Positions 14,101 through 27,300 of a stretch of DNA of 64,000 nucleotides are shown here, in pieces. The notes beneath the pieces are model-generated. The model saw only the letters and a list, made by a program, of their open reading frames with translations. It ran no database searches and was not told the DNA's origin. Position 1 is the first letter of the stretch. Each line of letters opens with the position of its first letter. This DNA comes from Schmidtea nova. Lineage: Eukaryota. The stretch spans positions 363,320,001 to 363,384,000 of the forward strand of contig CM097882.1 of the NCBI GenBank assembly GCA_044892505.1, written 5' to 3'. The translations under genes and the position numbers were made by a program.

Positions 14101-17100
14101 CATGTCTTACCTTACTAGAACGATGTCTCCAACTTCGAAGTTTTTAATATTTGATTCATTATTATTTAACGTTATTTCCTTTTATACATTTCCTTTATTT
14201 TTCTCTTTAGTCCCATTTTCATGTTTAGAATAATCTGTATTTGAATTTTCGTTCAATATTAGATACCATATTTAACTGATTTGCTTTCCATACACTAATT
14301 CTCCTGGACAACAACAACATCTTTGAATTTTTTATTTTTTTTATTATTTCTTTATTTCCCGCCAAATCTGCTGTATTTTGATATTTTATTTTGGCGTTAA
14401 TGTATTAATTTTCTTCGCACTTTTTTCCCGGGAATGCCAATAAAAAGCGTTCATTAATTATTCCTTTAAACTTCGAAATGAACTCCAGCCTTTAAACTCC
14501 AGCATTCATCTGTCGATAGAACCGGTTTTCAATTACTGCCCCATAACTTTTCTAAATTTTTTGAAAACTTTGTATCATTGTATGAACAATAATTTGCAAT
14601 GAAACAATCGTCAAGTTTTTTCTATTTTTTTTATAAAATTATTAGATTCATTCCATCACTAACGTGAGGAGTTCATCTTGACTGGCTCACCATGCATTAC
14701 CAAACAGTAATACATATTCCGATATGAAATTGGATGCCCAAGATAAGAACTTCACTACCCATAAAGTATCCTAATATTCAATTTCAAAAAAGCACAAAAA
14801 GTATATCATTATAAATTTCCCTAATTTGAATAGAGCGACATACTAAATAACTGATCAAAGTTTAGGAATATAAAAGACATAATAGTAAGGTAACAGTGTT
14901 AAGCGTTGTCCCGCCATTGTTTATTAAATCAAATATTTCGATCTTAAAAAGACCCTGATCAATCCAATGCGAAATTCTTTTAAATAAACTCCCCACTTTT
15001 CCTGAATTCTTAACTATTTCGAAGACGACGTTAATCTGGCTCAGATTGAAAGTATAAATACAAATTGTATTGTCGTTAGTAGAGTTTATTAAAATATAAT
15101 AATAAGGTAACAATAGCAAGCCTTCTCCGCAATGTTTATTTAAATAAAATATTCCGATCTTAAAAAGATCCTGATCACTCCAATACGAAATTCTTTCCAA
15201 TAGACTTCCTAGTTCTTGCTGGATATTTTCTTTCTAATATAAAAGATGTTAATGATAAAAGTGAATAAAATAAAATAGAGAAAAAATTCAAAATAATGCA
15301 TAACTAACATAAAAATTAATAAAGTTATTACAATTCAATTAATTAATTAAACCTGAGCCTGAGCTCTATTGACATCTAATCTAATTATCCCAGTTATATT
15401 TTCCACTGGAATGTTAGGAGCATATTTCGACATGACCAAACAATTTGTATTTATGGGCCTACTGCACATTATGATTTTGACTCGTTTATCTGCATGATCA
15501 TTAATAATTTCTGCATGTCGTTTGAAATGTTTCAAATTATATCTAAAAACATCGACTTTAAACATTTCCTTTTGATCTTTTTTTTCTGATAACATGAATA
15601 TGATATTCACATTTGTGTAGGCCTCTATTTTATTTGATGTCACCAACAATTCTAGTTTGATATAATAAATTAATAGCGGATTCTATTTCTAAATGTAATT
15701 ACATTTATTTTCGTTAATTAATATTTTTCAGAAAATTAAAATTAATATTTAACTAAACAATGAAATTTGTCAAGAATATTAAAATATTGTTGCTAAAATA
15801 AAATTAATTTAAAATTACAATTATTATTATTTTTTTTATTTTTTTAAAAAATTATAAAAAAAGTAACATTCATGCAGACGTAAATTTTATGAGGTGGTAT
15901 AAATTTTGAAAAAATAAAAATATTCATAACCAATATGTATGTATAGCTAATTCAGATTTATTCATTAGTTAATACTTTTATAGTCTTTATCTTATAATTA
16001 GCAAATTTCTGTAAATATATTCATAAAAATATCAACAAATTTCTCCATTTCATTATTGAATAGATATTTTTTTGTAAATTGGTTATTACTATAAAACAGA
16101 TTTAATATTTGCACTAATGATAATTAAATAATCATTTATCCTAAAAATTATTTCAAATTCAATTTTATTATTATTAACGCATTTTTCTTTCCGAATAAAA
16201 TGAAAAGTAAAGAAAATCTTTTTTTTGTAAAATTGAAACTTTAAATTTGAAAAACATTTTTTTTAATTCAATGAGTTAAAAAATTTAGACAACTGTTTGA
16301 AAAAACATGAAAAAGATTTAATAATTGAAAAACGCCACTAAAAACATTCGTACTAAATATTTCGACAGACTCTCTCTATGCAGTGAACAAACGTACTTTG
16401 AAAGTTTTTAAATAATTTGGAAGTTAGCATGTGTGTGTTGTTTCATTAATTGAATTAAATAATAAAATTTGCTTTATTAAAATTAAATAAATAATTTTTA
16501 AAAATTAAAAAATTTATTAATATTTAAAATTTTGTAAATTATTTTAAAAAATAACTTAGATTTATGTATAATAAATTAAAAATCTACATTTATTAAAATA
16601 ATATTTAAAATTTATGTATTTATTTTATAATTTGCTTTAATAAATTGAATTAAACGGTCGAATTATTTAGTACGAAGGTTATATGAGTGTTGTTTTTCAT
16701 TAATTTATACAATTATTTATGATTTTAAATTCATACACACAAAGACATTCAAAGTATTAAAAAATTAACGTGCTTTAATTTTATTTTGATAAAAATATTT
16801 TTAAAATATAAATTAATCAGTTTAATTTTCAAAATTTTCTCTTTGATAATTATTTTAAGTTTACTAAGTTTACTAACCACAACTAAAAATAATAAATAAT
16901 TACTTCTTTTGAAAATATTTAAAATTTAGAAAGTCAATCTTCTATTATTTTGATATTTTGAACTTAAAAATATCATTAAAATTATAAAAAACATACTCCG
17001 GGTAAAGAAAATGAATGACATAAAAGATAAATGAGATCCGTGTAAGGTCAGAATAAAGTAAGTCAATAACAAAAAATGTCATAATCTGTAGTCCATAATT

Positions 17101-18305
17101 TCTAATTTTTAGACAAATAATATTTCCATTTCCAGCTCAATAGTTTATAAAAGAATACCACAACGCCTGGTCAAACACTAATTGTAACTAGTGTAATACG
17201 ATGTTATTTATCCTGAATAATAGGCATATGCATCATCCAAAAGTATGCGATAAAGTGTCTGACATCGTCTTTGAATCCAATATTAATGCTACATAATATT
17301 TAGGTTTCAGGTGTAATGCTCTCGTTTCTAATGATGACCCTTTTAGATGATAAACTGTCAAAATGATTAAGGTTATAAAATATAAATACTGAAATAAAAA
17401 AAACCTTACAGAGACCTTATTAGTTATTAAAAAAATAAAGGAAATAATAATCATTTAAAATCTTAATACCGCCAATTCAGCCTGGCACCAAATCACTTGT
17501 CCGGTATCCTCTAAAACAGGAGTGGGCAAACCTTTTAGTAAAAGGGCCGCATACATAGTTTCAAAACTTTGAAGGGCCGCATAGTATAAAAGTGAAATAA
17601 TTAATATTGATAATAACTATAAAATAGAAGGTTTTTGAAGAAAAAACAATGTTCCCCCATTTATTATTTTAATGTTGAAAGGTACATTAAACATGAAATA
17701 AAAAACTCTATTAAAACTTTATTTTTTAATTTTTTAAAAGAAATCTAACTTGGTCTTAGTGGGCCGCATAAAAATATTATTCGGGCCGTAGTTTGCCCAT
17801 CCCTGCTCTAAAAGCATTGTTTATTTTATGAAGAATTAATTTACGAGTATGATGCTATTTTTGATTCCCCTACAAAGTCTTAAAACGAGGATAAACTTAA
17901 GAAGAATTTTATAAATTTAGATTTATCATTAAAATATGTTGTAAATCAGCATATAAATGATGACGAAATTAAGACATTATGTACTGTTGGTTGCTATGAT
18001 AAAACTAATGTGACCCATTAAAATGTATGAATATACTGTCTGAACTGTACAATTCATTCTTGAATCTAACAATTAGTTTACAAATTTTACTAACCATCGC
18101 CGTTGCTACAGCAGAGGTTGAATGATGTTTTTTCTAAATTAAATATAATTAAGATTTATCTACTCTCGCCTGTCACAATGGAGATTAATTAATTTAGCGT
18201 TATTGTCAAAAGAACACGATATGTAAAAGACTAAGTTTTGCCTATGTAATTAAGAGTTTTCTTACGTACATCGAATACTGTTTATTAATACTATTTATTT
18301 AATTT

Positions 18306-18357
<52 letters not shown>

Positions 18358-21300
18358 TAATAAATAAGTATTCGATTTCAGTAGTTTTGATATACATAAC
18401 AATTTATAGAAACGGAACTAAACGTTAAGCAAAAGATGGAGGAATAAATTTCATTTTTATATGGTACTTAAACATAAAATAATTCAAGAAATCCAAACTC
18501 AATTTTTATTTTGGATATTAAAATGATTAACATAAATTATAGTTTAGTATTTTCTATTAATTTAATTTAATTTTAAAATCTTACTTTCCAATAAAAAAAA
18601 TGCACAATCTTGTAATTCCATTTCTAATGCCCTCACCAATGGAAATTTAGATGATCCTTCCAGTAAATGTAAAATAATAGGCTAAAAAATAAAAAAAATA
18701 ATAATAAAATTTTAATTTATAAATAAAAACGCTTTAAATAAGTAATTAATTTGTATATATTTTAAGTCACCAGAAAGAGAATTTAATATGAAATTAAAAA
18801 TTTATAAATTTGTCAAATGTATTTTATAAAGTTTGATATTTTTCTTTTTACAGACAAAATATTAGTGATTTTATTTTCAAAAAATAAACTTTCGACAGAG
18901 CCATTTTCAACACTAAAATATTGATCAAAATTAATTTATATTTGGATTTTATCATTAATATATGGTTGATATATGAAAATCCATTGTTAATGGTACAGTA
19001 TATTTTGTAGACAAAACTATTTTTATTGTATTTTCAATAAAAAAATTATTTTACGAAAGCAATAACCAAAATATTAAGTGATAAACAAGAAATGATTATA
19101 GGGGTCATTGCATGATTACGTCCCGCTCAAGGGTGGGTGAGTGTTTTCCTTGAAAACGTGACGTCACCTCTAGTTGTATTTTATAATGGACCGGTTAGAC
19201 CAAAAGAGTTCTAATTGCAACAATCTTCCTCTGCTACAGTGATGCTGATATTTTGAATGGACAACTATGACTAACAAAGCTGCTACATCAAGCTCCCTGC
19301 ATAGCAGGCTAGAGGACAGATTAATACAATGTATCATATTTTTAAACATTTTAAAACTGATCTTGCTTAAGCATTTTAAATGAAGTGCTCGAAATAATTT
19401 TAAAATACATAAGTTCATTATACTTGTTGTTTGAATCATTAAATTTTTTTAATCTGTTTCAACTGTCCGTAAATTTCTATTTTGAATGGATTATGGTACC
19501 ACTAGGCTATCCCCATTTCATGAAAAATAAAATGACGTCAAGATTGGGGGGTGCGTGGGTCTAGGGAAATGTGACCAAGAGTGACAGGGCGGGTGGGTGG
19601 GTCAAAATGGTCATTTTTGGCGTGACGTAATTATGTAATGACCCCATGTAAGTAATAAAAATTATTTTATAAATCAATGAAATCTTGATAAGGTTGAAAT
19701 AAAGTTATATCAAGACAGTAGGGGAAGTTAACCCCCAAAGTTTACATAATAACTTCATGTATTATGCAATATCTATAATTACTTATTGATTACGTAATCA
19801 ATCACATAGCATTTTATAACGTAACTGACAATGTAATTAACTTGTTATTAAATATTATGTGATGTAATAATTAGGATGCATTGATGGAAAACCTTCTGTA
19901 ATTAGTTTTTTTCGATGAGGTAAACTGTCTTTAGTGGAACTATTGATTCACAATTCTTTTTAAATACTTTTCTGAGTTTTGACGACTTAAGATGTTTAGC
20001 AGTAAAATTTAATAGCATGATTGATGTCAAACATGTCAAGCATGATTTCAACTTTGTTTACAAACATAGCTCTTTTTTGTTGAAAACATCAGTTTAAACT
20101 CTTAAGTTATGAGGACATTTCTGAGTAAAAAAGTAAAGAAAAATATACCCATGTGAAATTTGAGATGCGTTGATTAGGAAATGGTGATTATAGGGATATG
20201 CTTATACAACAAGAATATTAATAACTGTGGCATCTCTAGGATTTTTGAAAACAACTAGAAATTGAACAATCAGGTTACGAGTTCGATGGAATCCGCTTTG
20301 ATGAAACAAATTTTGAGTTATAAAAATAACTGTAACACCTTTATGCCTAACTATTTTCGTAAATAAATTATTAAAGTCTTTTTCTATGATCACTTCCTGT
20401 TATAAATCATCAATAATGGTTATATTCCATTGTTGTAATCTAGATGACCAATTTTTATCAAAACCCTTTATCGTTTTCATTTTAATCTTACAAAATTGAT
20501 TTTGAGTCATTTCATACTCATCATCAGCTACACTATGCCAACAAATCTTGTTAAATTTTGACTTGAACATTTTTGAAAAATATTAATTATAAATAACACT
20601 ATAAAAAGAATTATAAAAAAATAATATTAAATAAAATAATAGGATATTATCGGTTTTAAAATAGCGCTTAAAATTTAAATATTTTCTTTATTTAAACAAA
20701 TTTCAAAATGGCTGTAAAATTTAAAAACATTTGGTGCCAAAAATTTTAAAATTAAAACAAAATAGCCTTGAAATTGATTATGTAAAAACTTTATCATCAA
20801 TTACACAATAATGTCATAATTATATTCGTGAAAAAAGGCCAAGAAATGTTACATATTAATTCGAAAATTGTTAGTTTTATGTGAAATGTGATTATTACAT
20901 AACGGTTTGCGAGACCACGTGTGCTATGTAAAATCAGAGTGATCACGTAACATATATACGGGAGTGTAATGTACAGAAAAGTTGGGCAATTTTGTTAACA
21001 ATTTTGTTATTTTTATATTTTGTTGTCAACGCCGTCGTTATTATGGTCGGTACCCTCGCGGTCACCGAGGACCCCCCTTTTGTGTTTTGCTTGCAAGCAA
21101 ATAATTATTTTTTATAATTTTAATTCGAAATTTGAATTTGGCTTACTATGGCAAATGCTATAGTAAGCCAAATTGACAAAGAAATAAAAATCGATATTTT
21201 AAATGGTATAAAAAATTGTATGCAAACCAAAGAAAACTGCATCTTTCACTTATTTTCGAGGCTATTCTAATTAAGCAAATAAATCAAACGATTTCGAATT

Positions 21301-24300
21301 ATTTAATTGAGGAATTCAAACCAAAGAAAACTTATTCACATAACTGTACCTATCACTTATTTTCGAGGATAATTTAATTCAATAAATAAGTCAAAATAAA
21401 ATCTTGAGCATCAATTCCTTGCCCAAGTAAATACACCAAACGATTCCGAATTATTTAATTTTCCACAATTGCGACAACTCATAAGCATATCCTATTTTTG
21501 GTTGAACTCTGAATGTTAGTGAGTCACATTTTTATTGTCTTTAAAATATAGTTTTATAGTTCTGAATTATTGTTGGTTTTTTGTGTTTTTTTTATCAATT
21601 GTAATTACGACATAATATATACAGGCACCCCAAGTGTCCCCACAAGATTTAGTTTTCGGGCAGACTCTCTCGGGCTCTTAAATAACTTCCTATCCTACAT
21701 AAACACAAAATAAATAAAAACAAGTGCAACCAACTAAAAAAGACTTATAACAGGGAGTATTGAGGTTGACTCCTTATAGCATCCTATATATGTATATAGC
21801 ACCTTGTTAGAATTCCAAATAAATGTAATTTATCAAAATAAAGAGATTCAAGAAATATAATCCTTTAACTAGAGAACTATTAAAAAATTATTCAAAATTA
21901 TTCAAAATCTATTCAAAAAATTCTTTATTTTCTTGTTCATCTTATATCAGTATTTTTCCATTTTAATTTGATCTATCTGCTTTTAGTTTTGGTTTATTGC
22001 TTTCTATAAAACAATATTTTCCGACATTGCCATTTTTTCTTTTATTTTTGAAGTGTAAGAAACATTTGGTGAAAAGTGTCAAAATGTGTTAAACCAAAAT
22101 TAATTTATTTGAATTAGAAAACTTAATAATTTAAATAATAATATATAATAATAAATATTTAAAGCAATAATAGCGTTTTTGATCATAAGTATTTAAAATT
22201 GATCTGAAAGTACTTTGGAAAGCTGAGAAAGTTGAACCATTTAATAGAAAGAGTACTAATCTTTGCTCAAAATAAAAGTCTAACAAATCATAAATTACCG
22301 AAGTTCTTCAAAGATGTAAATAATTTTTATAATAAATATTTGCAATATAAAAAATAACTCTTTGTCTTTGAATATTTTTCTTTTGTAATGAAAATATGAT
22401 TATACTCGTGTTAAAAATATTATAAATTTTTTTAAAAAGAACACTTCAATCGTTTGCTGTGAAAAATTTGATTAACATATTAAAAGTAACATAATATGAA
22501 AAAATAAACAAATAATGACAAAAAATATTTTTTCTTTCTCAAAAGTGAAAAAATTTTAAATTATTATATTAACTATCCTGCAAAAAATATTCGTAAGTAA
22601 TTATTTTGAAAAGAATTTCCCCTCCCGCAGTCTATTCTGTTTCCAGTTTTAACGATACATTAAGTTAAATATACCTTTTTCTAGCAGACAAAAAGATAAC
22701 ATTCAGTACAAATCTAAAAAAAATAATTTGAATAATTTTTGAAATTAATTTGAATAATTTTTGAAATTAATTTTAAGATAGAAATTAATTCAGATTTAAT
22801 TTCATAATTGATGTTTGTTTGGAGTTTATTGGGAATTAGCGATAATTATAATAGCATTCATGTAGTAGATTTTATTATAAAATCCATTTTTATTTATTAT
22901 TTTTATTATTAAAATGGTTATTAATTATTGTTATTAATTATTAATTATTGGTAAATCCAGAAAAAAAATATTTAAATTTTATTGTTATTTTATAATTTTC
23001 AAACTTAATTAGTTAATTAAGTTGTTTGTTTGTCTGTCTACATTGGATTTTATGGTGTTTTAGTTTTGAGCGTGGAATTGGAAAAATGAATTGAATTGAG
23101 TTGTTTTTATTTGATTTAGAATTTTTGAGATTTATGCAAATCTTTTGCTTTTAAATTTAAGGAAGTAAAAGTTTTTTGATTATTATCTCCTTTTGCATTT
23201 AAAAAGTATTTTGTGATCAATTTTAACGATGATCACGAAGATGAAGGAGAGTCTGAAAGATTTCCGACAGTTTTAAAACATTTTAAAGCAACCAAATGAA
23301 TTATATTGATTGCAAATCAACGAGATAGTTTCTTTAGGAATTATATCAAGAAACTGCCGAAAACAGAAGTGATTAAAGACCAAGAAAGAAAAGATGTTAA
23401 TTTCAAGTTCAATCCTCGTGGAATAATGAATACCTATAGGTAATATATGATGGCATTGGGGGATTTCGACGAAAGAATGATTCTGAATCCAGATGCGCTA
23501 AGAAATCGAATCGGTAAATAGTCGGACTAATGAAATGATGCGAAGTTGTCGGCAATGCGGTACTTGTTGCAAGGGATTAATTGTGTTGCCTTACCAGACA
23601 GTGTTGATACCCGAAAGGCAGCGGCATCTCAATTGTATGGTGGTAAGCATAACACTGTTACCAATAGCATTGGCAGTCTTTTGAATGGAGGAGTCAATGT
23701 CAATAATTACGATTAGAGAGTTATCAATTCGAATTATCTAACTACACTATTATCAAAGCAAAAGACTTATGCCAGTGAAGATCTAACAGATATCTTACAA
23801 ACTCATTGTTTTCATAGTCCGGTGGAAAATATAATAACTCTATTGAATAAATTAAGTCTCCTTTTTTCAATGCATACAACGGAAAATTTCCGAATTATAT
23901 TCCAGAAAAAGCAAACTGACCCATCATTACAACACTGTTAAACTACTCATAAAATCTATTACTACGCTCTCTAAATGATTCCAAAATCTGAGATAGAAAG
24001 ATGTTCAAGATCAAACAATTATTAAACTATTAAATAAAAATGGCAATTTATTCAAATAAAATAACACCATTTTTAAAATATATTTTTGCATTATATTTCG
24101 ACAGCTCAGCTGTCATAATAATTTCTTCAATTCCAAAATTCTCCATAAAGTTCGTCGATAAATACGAAGATTCATTTTAACGCCATCATTGAGTAGGCAC
24201 TCATTCAATTTCATTTTAAAAGTAAATGCTAGAATCATATGATCTTCCAAACATGTTTCTAAAAATGAAATATCTACTTTTCCTTTCTTAACAGATACGT

Positions 24301-27300
24301 AAAGTTTTAAATATCTGTTGAATATTCGAACTAAAGTACAATCTAATTTAAATAAACTATTGAATAAATGTGTCAATTTATTTAAATAAATAAAAGAACA
24401 CCATTTTTTAAAATATATTTATTATTATAGTATAAAATGGTGATTCTTTGGTAGCAGTATTAAGAATTAAATAATTATTTTAAAATATTTATATAAACAC
24501 CTCACATCCCCTTTTTTGAAAATCTTTCATCTTTTCTATATTTCTTATTATGATTTTGTCTTCTTGATTTTCTAACAAATAGCCTCTTTCGTCAATTTTC
24601 TTTATTATTCTATATGGACCTTCAAATCTTTCTTAGTCTTTATTTCGAATCTCACGCTTTCTTAATACAGTATCTCCTATATTACATTTTCTTATTGTCT
24701 TGATCTCTGCCGCGTTTGTTACTTCCGTCTCTTTGCTCTTTATCTTTCTTTCTTATATGTATTGAAGTACTGCTATACCATTTTGATCTGTTAATTCTCC
24801 TTCCAAAAACGAATTCTGCCGGACTTACCCCAATTGTTTTCTGTATTGTCGCATTTAAGGTATATTCAATTTCCAGTAATATCTCTGCCATACTTTCCTT
24901 GCTTTGTTCTTCTAATGACGCGTTAATATAATCTCTTTGATTGTTCCAAACTTTTTTTCTATTAATCAATTGGTGTTATTTTGATATGGGCTTGAAAACA
25001 CTATTTCGATTCCTGTTGACTTTGCCAATTCTTTTAAACCGTTTGATTCAAAACATTTCCCAGTCTACTGCAGTTTTTTTGGTGCTCCAAATCTTAATAT
25101 CCATTTGTTTAGAAAATTTTTCAATATTGTTTTTTCATCTTGTTTAGCTATTGCAGACAGAGAAATGTATTTACTGTAATGGTCAATGATTCAACATATG
25201 CATCTTTCTCTATTGATTGTTTCTTTCATTGGTTCACGTATATCCATATAGATCAGCGGTCTCAAACACGCGGACCGCGACGTTGTCTTTTGCGGCCCGA
25301 AACGAAGCAAATGGATTTTGTAATTTAACCAAACTTATATAACAATTAAATTTTAATTTTAAATTTTAATTTTTCTAATAACATTAATTTAGAATTTTAA
25401 TGTAAGGCGGCAGCATAATGATTTCTAGAATGTTAAAATAAAATCTAAAAATTCATAACTTTAGAAGAAAAGCGTTAAAAAAAATTTTAAGTTTTCCTTT
25501 CTTTACTACTAGATTTATGTGTTTTAATCATTGTAAAAAGATTTTAAGTAGTAAGGCCCCTGAGGTTATGCTTAGTAACATTTCCATTATTAGTCATAAT
25601 ATAAGACGTTATTTCCAAAATTATATTCTATTTAAAACTGTAATATTTAAACAAATATTAATCTAAATATTGTCACTTGCTTTTAGTCACACACGGCCCG
25701 CGTTATACTTTGAGTTTAAGATCCCTGATATAGATCATCTCAAATGGTTCCGTTCTTATGGTTGTTTTAGTTTCTTCTTTTGTCTTTATTGTTAGTGTCT
25801 TCGTTTTCTGATACGCAATACAGTTTTCAATTACTGATATTACTTCTTTTACCAAATCTTCCATGTAAAAATTTCGTTGGATATAGTTTTTTATTTTTTG
25901 TGTTCTTGAATGCGTCTCCTTGATCATATTTCGCCTTTTCGATTTTGGTATTCATATTTTTCATCTCTTTTATGATGAATCTTCCGTTCTTGAACTTTTC
26001 TATTTCATTCTTTATATCTTTTCTATCATCATTATTGTTTTGCCACTTATTAACGCTATCTTCCGTTGTTACTGTTAATAACCTTGTTTTTACTCTTCCG
26101 CTTTCCTGTTCATCATGTTCCATCATGTATTGCATGCATGTTGCGCACGTTTTCTTTGACAGGATATCCACATTTCCATGATTAATGCCTTTCCTATATT
26201 CCATCTTTATATCCAGGCTGTTTAAATGATTGATCCAAGTTTGAAATTGTGATGTAATTGGCTTCGTCTTTGTCAACATAAAGGTAATAACCTTATAATC
26301 TGTTCGCAATAAAATCATTTTCATATAAATAATGATTAAAATGTTTTCAGAAGTAATATATTTCCAGTAATTCTTTTCTTGTTATGGGGTAGCTTTTTTC
26401 ATGGCTACTCATTGCATGAGATCCGTAAGCAATAACGCGTTCATGTCCAAAATCATCCTTTTGATAATTGTCGGTGATTTATATATTCCTCTATTGAAAT
26501 ATGTTTGGATTAATAAATATGAACCGGATAAAATAGTACAAATAGTAGCGGATAATCATATGTATTTACCTATTTCAACCTAATGTATAAACAATATACA
26601 AATTAAAATTCGTGACGGTAATGGAAAATTTATGAATTTTTCAAAATATTAAAAATCACCTTTGACACTACATTCCCATATTTTGTATGGAAGCAGTATT
26701 GTTGAGTTTTGTCTAAACAAGCATGAAATATAATAAAAAGCACAAAAACAAGGAGCAAATCAATAAAAATACGAAGATTCAAAAATTAATAATTAGAGTA
26801 CAAATTTAATAAAAAATTTAATATTTAAAATTTGGCGGGAGAAACTAGTATAGGTGAATGATAAGTCAAATCCAAATATAATAATATAATATAATAATAT
26901 AATAATCTATTAATAATCTAAATAATTAATCTAATTTTATTTCAAAAATTTTAAGAAATAAAATTAATTAAAATATTAATTATTTAATATAAAACCTGAG
27001 CTATTGGGAAACCCGAGCCAATGGAAAACCTGAGTAGTATAGAAACCCGAGTCATCAACAAAGTTGTCTAATAACCATGGAAAATTTGATGATTTAAAAG
27101 AAGCGCGGGTGAAAAACAAGTAACCTATTTACTCCAACAAAATTAATTATTAAAAAACCCGGGGGAAAAAGGAAACTCCGAGTGATAAGGTAAACCTGAA
27201 TCTAAGATGACTTAATTAGTTTTATTTAGATAAGATACCGAAGACTGTGAAATATCATCAGTCAATTTATTCAATTTTGCGTACAAGAAAGAGCATTTCC

